Source: Sphacelaria rigidula (lineage: Eukaryota). From it: a stretch of 32,011 bases of DNA. The notes beneath the pieces were generated by a model. That model did not search any database and had not been told where the DNA came from. It was given only the letters and a program-made list of their open reading frames with translations. Positions 1 through 12,900 of this stretch are shown here, in pieces. A program made the translations under genes and the position numbers. Location: NCBI GenBank assembly GCA_964200075.2, contig CAXNAA020000042.1:1-32011 (forward strand), written 5' to 3'. Within the stretch, counting starts at the first letter, position 1; every line of letters starts with the position of its first letter.

Positions 1-288
1 GATGTCAATAACCGAAATGTTGGGGTCCTACGGGAAAATCCAATTTCAGGGTATTTCGGCGATCCGATCGGATAAGTAATGCGTATCCTGCGATGCAAGC
101 AGGGTTACGAAATGACCAACCATTGAACAGAGCAAGAGCTGTTCGTTTGCTGAGAAGAAGTACAGGTCCGGTACAGTAACAGCTACGAGTGAAACATTGC
201 CGCCGGCGGGAGAGAGTCGCCCGGCGGATGACGCGTGCAGGGCTCCAGCGACGCATGAGCTCATGACCCACAAAGACTGCGAGGAGTA

Positions 289-317
289 TGCGTGGGTGTG
301 GGTGCGTGTGTGTGTGC

Positions 318-370
<53 letters not shown>
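289..370. repeat. (GT)n microsatellite
   Basis: Long TG dinucleotide run, degenerate at its 5' end. Confidence 0.98.
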
Positions 371-372
<2 letters not shown>

Positions 373-1487
373 CATGACGGTTGTGTTGATGAATTTTGCG
401 GTTGATGTGGGGATGTAGGTATGTGCATGTAATTCGAAATGGCGTATAGGCGGATCAAGAGCACATAAAAGTTAACGTTCACACGATCGCGACATCAGCG
501 ATGGATTAACGATTCCTACTGTCGGTAGCCTAAAACGGAAGCATGGAACTTTGCGAGAAGTACAGTATCGAGCCTTGCAATTGATATTGCCAGCTCACAC
601 GCACAAATGTGGTCACACCTGTGTACCTTCATCACTGCACCACCGCCAATGGTTCCGTGCCCACTCTCGAGAGATCCGTCTGCTTGCTCACCACCAGGTG
701 GCGATGTTTCAAGAAAGTCTGAAGCTAGCTATCCTCGGGAGGGTCGATGTCCACCGGGAGAAGAAACGATCTAGAGTGGGGCGGAAATAGCTTTTCATAC
801 ATTTTGACTCCCGCCTCGGTCCCCGCTTCTATCTCGGGCCGGGAGAGATCCCGAGGTCCATGGGCTGAGCAGCACTGACTGTCGACAACGGCTAGCTTGT
901 GAAAAGAGCAGCAACCTCTTCGCAGACGGTACGCTATGCACAAGCTCAAGCTCTTCTATATATAGGTGTATGTAGGTCGGTCACGAATGCACGGCAGTCA
1001 TGTTCGGCTGTTCACGCGATATAGATATATGGCCATGTGCTCAATGGCCATGCAAAACTCAGACTCACGTTTTCATTGCTTGGCGATTTTTCGTTCGATG
1101 CATTTCTGTCCTGACCATCAAGGTGTCAGTCCAAGACGAGTTCGAGGGAGATGAGGCGATTGAATCGGCAGGGGAAGTTGGACTTGAAGGAGTCATGTCA
1201 CAGCAGAGGTTGCACATTTGTAACCCGGATGTTTCTCATTGAAGGGCTCCCAAAGTTAGGAGTTGCACAGGAATATGGGCTCTTGTACTTCCTCTGTACC
1301 ATAAGTCTGGGGAGTTGTGGGTGTGTAACTGTTCGCGCATTCATACTTTTCCGATCATGCTAATGTTAGGTTCGTTGAAAAGCTGAAGTCCCAACGCAGC
1401 TGATGCAAATATATATATATATATTGTTCATACTAAAATTCAGTAAAAAAAAGCCCATTTTGGCCCGTTTTTGAGATTTTTTTGAGG

Positions 1488-1770
1488 ATTTAGTGTGGGA
1501 CCACTAAGTGTCTTGGTTTTAGTGTGGGACCACCAAGTGTCTTGGATTTTGTGTGGGACCACCAAGTGTATTGATTTTAGTGTGGGTTCACTATTATACT
1601 GGTTTAAGTGGGGGAGGGGCATGGATAGTTGTTGAGTACTTGCAGAGGGCGGGGGGGTTCCTGTTGTTTGGATTGCACCGCAAGTGTCTTGGTTTTAGTG
1701 TGGAACATCCAAAGTGTCTTGTTTGTAGTGTGGGTTCACTATTATACTGGTCTAAGTATAGGGGGCGATA
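1488..1770. repeat. About 29-bp minisatellite (TTTTAGTGTGGGACCACCAAGTGTCTTGG) within a larger duplication; probably internal to a TE
   Basis: Units near 1491, 1520, 1550 and 1578; the block 1534-1620 recurs at 1681-1770; an (AT)n run precedes it near 1410. Confidence 0.85.
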
Positions 1771-2149
1771 TGGATCGTTCAGTAGACGGGGGTTAGGTTC
1801 TGGGTGAGGGATATTTCTTGGGGGGTTTAGGTTTGGTTTTCATCTTGCCCCCATCCCACTCCCTAGTGGAAAAGCGTCAAAATATGCCCATTTTTGGCCT
1901 GACTACTTTTTTGTTAGCCGCTGGCACATGCAGAATAGTGCGCAAGAGAAAAAAAAAAAAGTGTTTCAGCCCAAAAAACGCTCAAGATTCCAAAAAAATT
2001 ATCGCCGAAGGCATCCGAGACCGTTAATGGTGTCTCCCAACATAACTCCCCAGACTTATGGGACAGAGGAAGTATACCCCAAATAGTGCGGTCGTGGTAG
2101 ATGATCCGCAATCTTTCCCCATGGCCTTCTTTTCTACGACTTGGTATGA

Positions 2150-2410
2150 GTGCGGTCCTGCGCAGGACTTTTCCCACTCACTGAAGCCATGTAGTAGAGG
2201 CCGGCCATTTCTATTCTTCCTTTATTCCTCTTCATATTTCCCCCCCTTCTCTGTTTTTCTCGCAGTCTACTGTCTGTTTTTCTGTTCCATATTTTCTGTA
2301 TTTCTTATTTTTTTCAGCGAGTGTTTCAGTTTTGTTTCTCAGGGGTACGTCTCTCATGTAACCACGGCTGAATCCCTGGGGGGTCAGTCAAATTGCGGCA
2401 ATCAACCAAT
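2150..2410 (+). mobile_element. 3' end of a non-LTR retroposon (RTE-like LINE or SINE tail)
   Basis: T-rich tract followed by ACCACGGCTGAAT...TCAGTCAAAT, resembling the three reverse-strand tails at 23.5-24.2 kb. RTE assignment is from recalled resemblance, not a search. Confidence 0.5.
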
Positions 2411-3782
2411 GCGCCATTTCCATCTTAGAATTCATTCGAGATATCCCCCGACGTAGCCCATTGGAATGGTGATCGTGGCGTGCTCTCACATACTCACGGT
2501 CGTCTTGGGGTGAGATCAAGGGCTAGCAAGGATTCAGACCTGATATACTATTGTTCGCCCTTACCGTGGCACCACTCGCATCCAGCTTCGTCACTCACGA
2601 GGCACAACGAGGCATGATCACCTTGGGGCTTGTGGCTACAGGCCTACCGGTCTGCGAAGAAACAGTCTGAGATATGCCGTACTGCGCAATATATCCTCAT
2701 GACGAGCGAGTTAGAGGAGGGCCATCGACGCGTCACCCACTATTTGACAGGTTATCCATCTCCTCGGGTACGTGGGGCATGCTTATTTTATCGCCACAAC
2801 TTGAATATCTTCCAGTCCTGCTTCCACCCGGAAGTCCACGTTTGTCCTACGTCAATTCACGTGTGACGTGAAACTTACATGTGGTTTCTACAGTCCACAA
2901 ATACTGGATTTCAGAGCCTCACCTCTCCTCTGCTTGAGGTCAGAGTCGAAGTCAGGGCGACGGTTTCCAAATTGGCGTATACGGCCAGCTCCTACATGGC
3001 AGCGCATTTAGTTGTTCGTGCGTCATATTGGCGACCGGGCGAGTTAATCAAACGAGTAAAGAAGATGAACAGCCTTCATCACCGTTTGAAAACTTAAACG
3101 CCGTGGCAAGGCCCTGCTTGCGCAGCTCGAGAAAAAGTTTGAACGCTGAACACTATGATGGTGTTGCCGGAGACCTGTCGCTCCTGGAACTGAGTAAACC
3201 TTGCTTTGCTGTGCGTGCGCCATGCGCAATAAGTGACCCAAAGTTACAACAGCACACAGGCGACTTGCTGACGATTTGAAGCTGAACGTATGCAGCAACA
3301 TTGGCGAGACATGAAAAATGAGAGCTGCCACTTTCCACGGACATACTCATCGTACGAAATGATCAACATAAGTTACCGGGGACACGGCATGCAAAGGAAC
3401 CATGGCGGGACACAACGCACAGTACAGTGGGTCAACTTCACTCCAACCAAGATCGATCGGTCAAGATGGTGCGCGGGACTTCCCGTCTGCTTCATCGAAT
3501 AAAAGGGGCTGATCTACTCACAACATGTTCGCGACCTTGGTCCTGGCAAATAATACCAACGGTCGCAATACAAACTGCTGCATCCTCTTTCATCATCGCG
3601 ATAGGGGGCGGGGCGTACATGAATGAAGCTCGTGAGTGCAAAAAGCGTTGTCGAAAAGCTACCAGAATCCAGGATAGCTGCTGTGATGACAACAATGTAG
3701 CCCTCGCCATGTTCACCAGTGAAAATGTCCACCACTAGGGAAGTGCGGGCGCCCATCCACTTCCTCTGTACTAATCGTTCAT

Positions 3783-3912
3783 CTACGCCTTGGCTCTCGA
3801 AGCTTTCCTCGCGGAACTGTTGTTTCCCAGACAGGCATTGATGTGGTCGTTCGCCATGATATTCTTGGGGTCAAATAGTTTTCTCAAGCCGTTGAAGTCG
3901 TCAATCGGGAAC
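3783..3912 (-). CDS. GLDH: GLDH terminal exon (R)FPIDDFNGLRKLFDPKNIMANDHI...AKA*
   Basis: CAG acceptor in phase 2; xDPxN C-terminal motif; TAG stop at 3785-3783. Confidence 0.93.
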
Positions 3913-6900
3913 CTGGATTAAGAAGAAGAGAGCAAACGCGGGAATATGCACGGCAACACCGCACCACTCAATGCGAGAGAGACGTGCAGGTGTATACAAC
4001 TGTCCTGCCGCTTTACACGAGCATGCAGGCGTTAACACTCAACCTGCCGGGTATCCAGTACACGTCTGCACTACCCATCACACGGGGCCACGTTTGTAGC
4101 AGGGTGATCACAGCACAGCGCATTACTCTATGGCAATACACTTGTGTTTCAAAGATGGCACTCGTCCTGGAGATCAGCTCCCTGTAACTCGAGCTAGCCC
4201 TTTTCTAGCGTAGCTCCCTATTGAGCTATGAGAGCTACATGGGCTACCAAGGGTCTGTCAAAAACATATTTCGGGACACGTAGGCCCCAAAATCGAAAAT
4301 CCGAGTTTTCGAGGGGGGGGGAACACCCAGCCGTGTGTCCCCTGGTTTTTCGCTGAGGCGTTGGCGGATGTGGTCAGCTGCCGTAGACAGTAGAGATCCT
4401 TATACATCATATATGATTTATTATATGTTATTTTTTATATTTCATATATCATGTTTCATATACTATATTTCATATATTATGTACCATATAATATAGGTCA
4501 ATATTATAGGTCTACATTACACATATCCTTCTTTTCCTTAATATATACAATATATTTATACATTATATAATTATGTATATGAATATTCATCAAGGGGCAG
4601 CATATACTATATTATACAATTATATATTTATGTATATAGATGCTATATAATATGTAACATATTATCCTTATATCATATATTATATATTATATATTATAAA
4701 TATAAAAATAAATATGTAAAGGAGCAGAAGCGAACATGTACCCCGCAAAACCCACAAAACTCGTCGGATTTTGTCAATATTCATTGATTAATTTCTTGCA
4801 ACAAAATCAACAGAAAATATTGAAAAAAACAGGATAATTTTAATTGTCGGAAAATTGCCCTCCGGCATCTGAGGTCATCGGGACAGAACGGGCAAGGAGC
4901 AGAAGCAGATACACGAGCCCCACAAAGCCCACAGACTTTTCCGTTTTCATCAGCGTTTATTGATCAATTTTTTGTAACAAAATCTACAGATATAATCAAA
5001 ACAGTGTTTATTGATCAATTCCTTGCGATAAACTCGACAAAAAAGAATCGAAAAAATCATGACAATTTTGGAAAAAATGCCCTGCGGGAGGGGGGGGGCG
5101 TACTCATTTGTTGCTTGANNNNNNNNNGGAGGAATAATCATGTTGTTGCATAAATAAGAAGGAAAACAAAAAACAACAACTCCCTTAAAAAAAGGACGAC
5201 GGAGGGGGGGGGGGGGAACTTACGTGTCCGAAATTTTTCGCTCGACAGACCCTTCGAGCTAAGCATATTTTCCCTGGGTGAGCTACGAGAGCTGTATGAG
5301 CTACATATGTTTGCCCTAAGTGAGCTATGGGGGCTTTATGAGCTACACACGTTTGCCATAGGTGGGCTACCAACCCGTAGCTCATCAGTTCATATTCGTC
5401 CTGGGCGAGCTATGAGAGCTGCATGAACTACGCATGTTTGCCCGGGATGATCAGCTCATATTCGCTTCGAGTGAGCTATGAGAACTGCGTGAGCTATGCA
5501 TGGTTGCCCTGGATGAGCTATCAGAGATGCATGAGCTACACATGATTGCCCTGGATGTGCTATGAGAGCTACATGAGCTACCCATGATTGCCCTGGTTGA
5601 GCTCAAGAGCTGCGGGAGCTACGCCGATCTTGGAGTTGTTTCTGTGCCGATGCTCATGCACGTTGAAATTGTACGTACGTGACGACGGTTAGATGTGCAC
5701 ACACCTGTGTTCCGTTTCGTGTAGTGGTGCATGGATTTGCTTTTTGTGAACATCAACATGGCTGCATACAAAGTCATCCGCACCACAGCCACCACGAATA
5801 CACACAACCACAGACGCACGCACCACCACACACACCACCACACACACATAATTCGCCCTGCATGGCGACCGTGGGAGGCAGCAGCTCGAGCGGCGCTTCA
5901 GTCGGAAATGAACGAGGATTTGCGTTGACTTATTTTACTTCTATCGCGAAGAGTGGGGCAAAACGCCACAACCTAATGCTATATGACGCCATCCGTTCGA
6001 ACGAGAATGTTATATCATAAGCGACATCGGGTTGGTCAGCGGTGAGCTAGGCACGTGACGTGAGGGAGCTACGAGCAAGTGTCCCTGGGTTGACCTACCG
6101 GGCTTAGCTCATCCGCTCATGTTTTCCCCGTGTAAGCTGTGAGAGCTGCGCGAGCTGCACATGTTTGCCTTGGGTGAGCTATCGCGCGTAGCTCATCCGC
6201 ATATGTCTTCCCTGGGTGAGCCATGAGAGGTGCATGAGCTAAACATGTTTGCCCTGAGTGAGCTACCGGACGTGGCTCATCCGCACATCTTCGCCCTACG
6301 TTAGCTACCAACCCGTAGCTCATCAGCTCATACTCGTCCTGGGTGAGCTATTGGAGCCGCCTGAGCTACGCATGTTTGCCCTGAATGAGCTACCAACCCG
6401 TAGCTCATCAGCTCAGATTCTCCCTGGGTGAGCGAGCTCATCAGCTGTCCGACATGTGCAAATATTCTCCCCACTGCGTCTTTTGACCGCGATTATTCCT
6501 AGGACGAGACCCTTTCCGTTACTTCGTATGCTTTCGATAAAGCGAGAAGCAGCTCAAGTAAAGAACATGGGGTTTCGCGTATTGAGTCACCATGCACACT
6601 CTCAGTACTTCCATAATGGAAACTGAGAGACAGAGAGGTGCCCTGGCCACGCCTTATGTCTGCGGGTGTACAATACGGCCTGTGGTGTACAGCTGAGTAC
6701 GGTTGTCGATTTATGCTACAACAGACTTATGCCGTGACCCGTTGCCGACGTGCACCACCGCAACATTAGTAGCAGCGTTCGCAACGTCTGATGTCTTGAC
6801 GACGTTGGGGAGAACCTTCCTGAGCATTTTGTGTGGACCTCCTGCTTGTGTATTTCGGAAACCTGTACCTCCTCCTTCCCCAAGACCATGCGAGTTTCCA

Positions 6901-9900
6901 TCTCCAACTTGAACCTGTGCATCCCCCAGAGTTAGTACTCTTTCTTGTTTGCTGGATTCACGAAGTTTGATGCACGACACAAAAGACAGACCCGACACAA
7001 AACAATACACAGCCGCAATGCAATGCACTGTACATGTATGTTCGTCGTTCTCGGGAGTGATAATTGTGATACTGGGCGCTTGGGGTGCGGTTATGACCGT
7101 TATGACACTGAAACAGGGTGTGGAAAGTGGCAATTGGCCAAAAAACAGCTGTCATGGAACCGATTCGTTTTTTCATTTCATTTCCGTCGTGGAAATCGGG
7201 ACAACCGGTGGGAGAAAGGCTTGCAAGATCAATCTCAACGTCTAGAATGGATCTTACCTCCGCCTCAGTCTCGCGGTCGACTCGGCACTCTCTTTCGCCG
7301 AGCGTGGCTTCTCAAGCTTCGCCCAATGGTCTACGCAGTTGTACCTGTTGGCAACGTCGGGCAGAAAAAACATTCAATGACTTGAAGAATGAAGTACAAA
7401 CCTTCACGCAAAGCAGTCGTAGCTTGCATTTATTTGGTGTCAACTACGAACCACAACACTGCGTGTCAAAACGTACGAAGAACTGTGAATGACGTCGAGG
7501 CCTCCGAGTCACCGTGCAAAATGCCAGCAGGACAGATAGCAAGGCATGGTCGGGAAACTAGGTTGCGGTGGTGTGAATTCGATTTGCCCAGTGCGCGACG
7601 CAGACGAGGAATGATAGACATGACACTCTCGATAGAAATGACATGACCTCGACGACCGTAAGTATCAGGAAGTACATTTGTTGGTCGTGCTGTAGTCTGA
7701 GGCGACGGCGAAACATTACCTTTCCCACAACTTCGCCTTGCAGGTGTCGCGGTACGCGAAGAACGCCTCCGTGATCCGCTTTCGCGCATCTGCATCATCC
7801 ATTGGAAGGTACATGATGATACCCACCCAGGAAAACATCTTGAAGTGACATACGAAAACGAACCACACGAGCGACGAGCCAGGGGAAGCAGGACGACGTC
7901 AGGGGGGACCAGGCGACACTCTCTGCCACACTCGCCGCGATCGGGGTACCTCCGTCATTCCAGAACAAACGTTACACATGTTGCTCTTGGCCTTGCGCAT
8001 TTGTTCTCTAGTCGGCAAGCCCGAAGCAACAGCGCCGCGCGGAAAGAGGTGCTGCAGATGGAAAAGACTTGTGGTGCTGTTGGGATGGTAGCGGAAATGA
8101 ATAGTAACTTACACAAACAAAGCAAGCTCATCGTAGCAACCGGCGGAATCCAAGCGGCGCCTTCCCTTCAATCAAGGGGAACTAAACCTACATCGAGCGG
8201 AGAGTACGCAAGACATCATGACGTGTCCGGAAGCAAGCCTCACCGTGTCGGGAGAAGCGGGATCGTGAGCTGGACTCATGTAGGCCGTGCTAGATGATGT
8301 CCACCGCTGTTCGATAGGTGCAGGAGCTGCCACCCCTTTCTCCTCGATCAGACGTAGCAGTTCACTCTGCATAGAAGACATTTTGAGGTTGGCTGCATAA
8401 TGATGGGCAAGTACAGTATCCTCACACATTTCCTTTAAATCTGCGAATGTCAGTTTGTGATATCGGGCGAAACGAGTAAATACCTCGTTAATCAGGAGGG
8501 TGTTATTGACCGTGAAACACAATCTTTCGGCCCTGGTGCAATACGTCGGCAGAATTTCCAAAAAATAAAACTGTACATTCCTTCACAAATATGATCGGGA
8601 CAGGCTCGATCGATCGAAAATACAGAAGAGTAAGAATCTGGGCTGAAACGTGGCAACACCCCCGATGACCGGTCAGCCTGTAAGTTACTCAATGTTGAGT
8701 ACGAGTACGTAGAGATGATTTTTTCTTCTTGGAATGTGGGGCGGATACAAATATCTTTGGATCCCCGATGTGATGAGCGGCGGCAAGCGAAAAGAGCCCG
8801 AGAAGATCGGCAATTACGAAAAAATCACAAAATGTCACAACATGAAAAGTTAGACCGCCCACTACTGTAGTCCTGAGAATCAAGGGAAGAGAAAGGAGGT
8901 GTCTGCGGGAAAGACCGAGTATAGAGTTTCTTCCTCTTTCCTTGATTCTCGGGCCTACGTTGAACACGAGCGAAACACAGCACGCGCGGATCGTCGAGCG
9001 CACAGACTGGACACCCACCACAACCTGTTGACGTAATAGCTTCCTCGGTGAACCCGCTTTTGCTTGAGATGGGATAACTGGATTCAACTGCCGCGGTTTG
9101 TACAGCAGTAGTCACTGTTTGTGTTTGATACTTCTGTGTATGTATCTCGAAATGTTATGTACATCGGTGAGAGCAACGATTATTGCATGCTTGATGAGTA
9201 TAGTAGTGCATGCATATGAAGGGAACCTTTCTTGTTCCTACCCAACTGAAGTGCTTACAACGTCTGCGCGATACTAGTAGACGGGATATCTGGATAACTT
9301 GGGCCCTCTTGCTACATATGTACACATAAACATGCGTGTTCAACAAGGGGTGCCCATGTACCTTCGTTTGTGCATATATAAGCCCCGCCGATGTTCTCTG
9401 TGTTCCTTCTACAGACACTCTACTTCGTGCTGCAATGAGGGAATTTAGAAGCCACTTTTATCCGTTTAATTAAACTGAGAAGCGCCCGTTAGCATCACGC
9501 GCAAATGGGATCATTGTCGAGATAACAGCGCTTCAACGAGGCTACGTCAGTCGGTGCATACGTTTGCAATGTATTTGTGGTACTGCACATGGAACGATTC
9601 AACCGGACGATGGAGAACAGCACCTTGGCCCATGACTGTCGCCACCATCATGTAGAGACAGAGCGCATCTATTTAAACTTGGTGGCAACCGCACGCGGTA
9701 TCAGCTAGGCAGGGGTGGTAGTATTTCATCGTCGCACCATGTAGTCAAGGTCCTTGTCATTTGGCTGCTCCAGCGTTCCCACTGGAAAGCACACCTCGCT
9801 GACCCACTGCTGTCCGCCGCACTCGAAGCCCAGGATCCTGTCGCTGAAGTTGACGCGCGTGCCCTGGCTTCTTCGCCAGTACTCCGCCTCCGCTTCGTTT

Positions 9901-12900
9901 ACCTACAATAATCCTTGGCAGCGCAACAGTTCGCTCAGATAAACCTCTCAGCCGACGTTCGCCAGGGTAAAGTGTGTCCGCCTACAATACCATCGTGAAG
10001 ATATCTAGGTACAGCAACTGGAGTGAACGGTGGGAACTTCTTTCTTGTATTAGACGCACAAGGTCGACCTTCAGCAAGTAACAAGACGAAGGTCGTCTGT
10101 GTAGCGAACACGACCCCCCTTATCAAATTTGGCTGGGATAGCTTCCGCCGGTGCGGGAACGCTCATCACGTATCGAGAGGCATGGGCAGGTACAGAATCA
10201 AGTTTTCCTCTCCCGAGAGGAAACCGTCAATAAAGGCAAAGAAATTACCGTGCGCTGTCCCGAGGCTCACCTTCTTGATCCATTCAACGTCTAGCGCCCC
10301 CAATGCCAGCAGCCGATCCCGCAAGTCGGCAAAGTTCATGGACTTTATGTCCTCTAAAGCGGGTGCGGACAGGGTAGATCCAATCCGTTTCAACAGAAGC
10401 TCTCTCAAAGGCTGCAGGCAGACGGACATGTCAAGTACTGTGCAGGTTGACAGCACGCGTGGATGGAGTGATAGCAGCAGCGGCACATAGAGCAAGGGTT
10501 ACGTATCATGTTTACGATAGGGAGGAGCCTTGTTTTACAGGCGGCAGTTGAGTATCCGGGGAGGTTGTCCTCGAAAGCAGAGATGAAATTGCTTCGTCAA
10601 TTTTCGCACCAAATCTACGTGATGTTGGAGGTGTCTCTATTACGAGCGGTGCCCCGTTTCGCAAAGGACGCGTGGTCAATGGTCAAAGACTAAGGTAAGT
10701 AACAAATGAGTACGCCCCCCCCCCCCCACTCCACGTGAACATGTGAAACACTGGGCATTGTGCGTAGATGGTCACGCGTGTTGAGAAGCGAAGACAAAGC
10801 GAAGGAACTCTCCCCATCAGAGATGGAGCCGCGCATCAACACGACCAAGCGTTAAAGAGTCTCTTGGCATACACGAAAAACTAAACAAACTCAACAGCCG
10901 TGCCACTGGTACCTTGTTTGCCATCTCCATGTTTGACACTCTCGCCGGGTGCGCCTTCGCACGTCACCAAGTTTGACGGCGGCTGTGCGGTTGGACAAAA
11001 ACGCGATACAGCGAGAGCTGTGAGAAAACGGGCAGCGAGTACAACAGTAGCACGCACATGCAACCTTGCGTCCTGCAGCGGGGAGAAAGAACGTGCCACA
11101 CCAAGGGAATAGACATCGTACACTACGTTACGTCATGGGCGATAAAGGTGCAATCAGAATCCTCGACCCGTCATGAGTTGCTGGAACCCCTACCTGCGTC
11201 GCTCGTCTCAGCAATCGGTCGTTGAGGCCCATAGGGTTGCTGCGCACCACTATCACGGCGTCAGTGTATGGGATCCACATGTACCTGCAGAGGACCGAAA
11301 GCCAAGCAATGAATGATGTCAGACAGGCCCCAAGTGAGCAACACCAAGGAGAGTCAGGATTTGCTGTACAGAGCCGACCGGCAGCGCGTCGATATGTGAG
11401 ACATGAGGGGCTTGCCTGACATGCTTGTTGTCTCGGAGTAGGGAGTGGTGTTTCGCCTTTACTTCTGCGCGGGACATGACCGATGTCGATTCCAAGAGTT
11501 CATGGCGCGGTACGCACTTGACGGTCACCTCTGTCACCACACCAAGCGCGCCAAGGCCCACCTGCGTCAGAAAGCATGAAATATACCACGAACAGCAACA
11601 AACGCCGTACAGTACATTGAGTGGAGTGTTGAGGGTAATACACAAGTACACGCGTTTTCCTTGTTGTAATTCGGTTTATTTGGGCATCAAAAGGCCGAGA
11701 ATGTGCCAGCTCTATTCAATACATGTAGCTGGAATACATCAGATCGACCTGTCATCGTCACCTTAGCATCGAAAGTACATGATGGTCAACTGTCATAAGC
11801 TCGTTATTCACTGTCTCCACTAAATACCTCGCGAGCTGAATCAAATTGACCCACAACGGATGTTCTCAAGCCATGTGTTTTCCATGGTACCCTCCACTCC
11901 ATTCCAACACAACACAGCGCTTGGCTTAATCCGCGTAACTTATGGGTGCTTCCAGGTCAGTTCTAGCTTTTCTCACAAGTGGCGCAACCATCAGTGTGGA
12001 ATTATGTATTCTGAGCGACAGTCCCGGTCGTTCACCTTCGCCATGCGGAAAAGGTCGGGGTTGTGCCGGTTGCTGAGCTCCACCGTGCCAAGGCTAGGGG
12101 TGACGAGCTTCATCGACACCACCTGTTCATCTACCGGCGGTATGCTTGCGCCCGTACCGTGTGCTCCCACCTGTAGACAACGATTAGGTACGTTTTGGCT
12201 ATCACACGTGCACAGCAGCCCACGGCCTGAAGTGTTGCCTGGTCAGCTGGCCAAAACGAAGGGCGTAGCTTCTCCGGATTTGTATTTAGCAAGCTCGTTT
12301 TGTGGTAAGCATATTTCGTCCGGCGGAGGAACGTTACAGTAAACGAAGACGATTTGTGACTAACGTGACCAACGAGCGCACTGATCTCATAAACAACGTG
12401 GCATGCCACATGTGGCGAAGGGGTGAGTGTCAAGTGACAACGCACATGAATGCTAGGATCAGCACCGGCATTCATCCCTCGTCACAACTTCAATGCCTTT
12501 GTATAATAGTATTACCGTACGTCTAGTCTCCATCTCCTCAACGATGCTATCCCACCCAATAATCACGACAGCCCACGTGCTCCTATTTGCTTGCTAACGC
12601 CATTTACCTGGGGGGCAATTTTCTTGGGTGTTATCCATGGATGCTCATGGCAATACATGAATATTTCACGGGCACTCATGGTCGCTCCCGGAACTGGCGT
12701 GCCAACGCCGTGCAGTCATGAAGTAAGTGCACAACATTGCCAAGTATCTCAACCTGCTGCACAGCAACGAACGGTTCAACCACGCGATACTGTATGCAAC
12801 CGAGCAAAACACGCGATATTGTATGCTATACACCGATAAGAGTGCACCCTCAAAACCCAGCACTTACTAGCACTACTGGTACATTACAGCTGAGCAGTTC

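Larger units (their letters stand above)
4249..5254. mobile_element. TIR-bounded AT-rich element nested in the GAGCT array (spans an assembly gap)
   Basis: AAGGGTCTGTC...ATTTCGGGACACGTA at the left end; TACGTGTCCGAAAT...GACAGACCCTT at 5221-5254. Contains an AT-rich tract (4400-4720) and a tandem pair with about 175-bp period (4719, 4894). No clear TSD. Confidence 0.6.
4186..6446. repeat. GAGCT-rich minisatellite (about 39-40 bp) in blocks 4186-4248, 5255-5620 and 6040-6446; probable non-autonomous DNA transposon
   Basis: Recurrent unit GAGCTATGAGAGCTGCATGAGCTACACATGTTTGCCCTGGGT; the blocks at about 5360-5445 and 6300-6380 align. Confidence 0.85.

Noticed and set aside
46-418. ORFs with THTH or VCVC runs
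   Set aside because: The repetitive portions are translations of the (GT)n microsatellite.
1488-1600. CRISPR-like 29-bp repeats
   Set aside because: The units are contiguous with no unique spacers, there are no cas genes, and the context is eukaryotic.
8770-8876. C/D box snoRNA (GTGATGA...CTGA)
   Set aside because: It is antisense to the host gene and has no convincing terminal stem or recognisable guide.
10913-10983. Extra GLDH exon PPSNLVTCEGAPGESVKHGDGKQ
   Set aside because: It has AG and GT ends but finishes in phase 1, while the next exon (10411) needs phase 0; no GLDH similarity.
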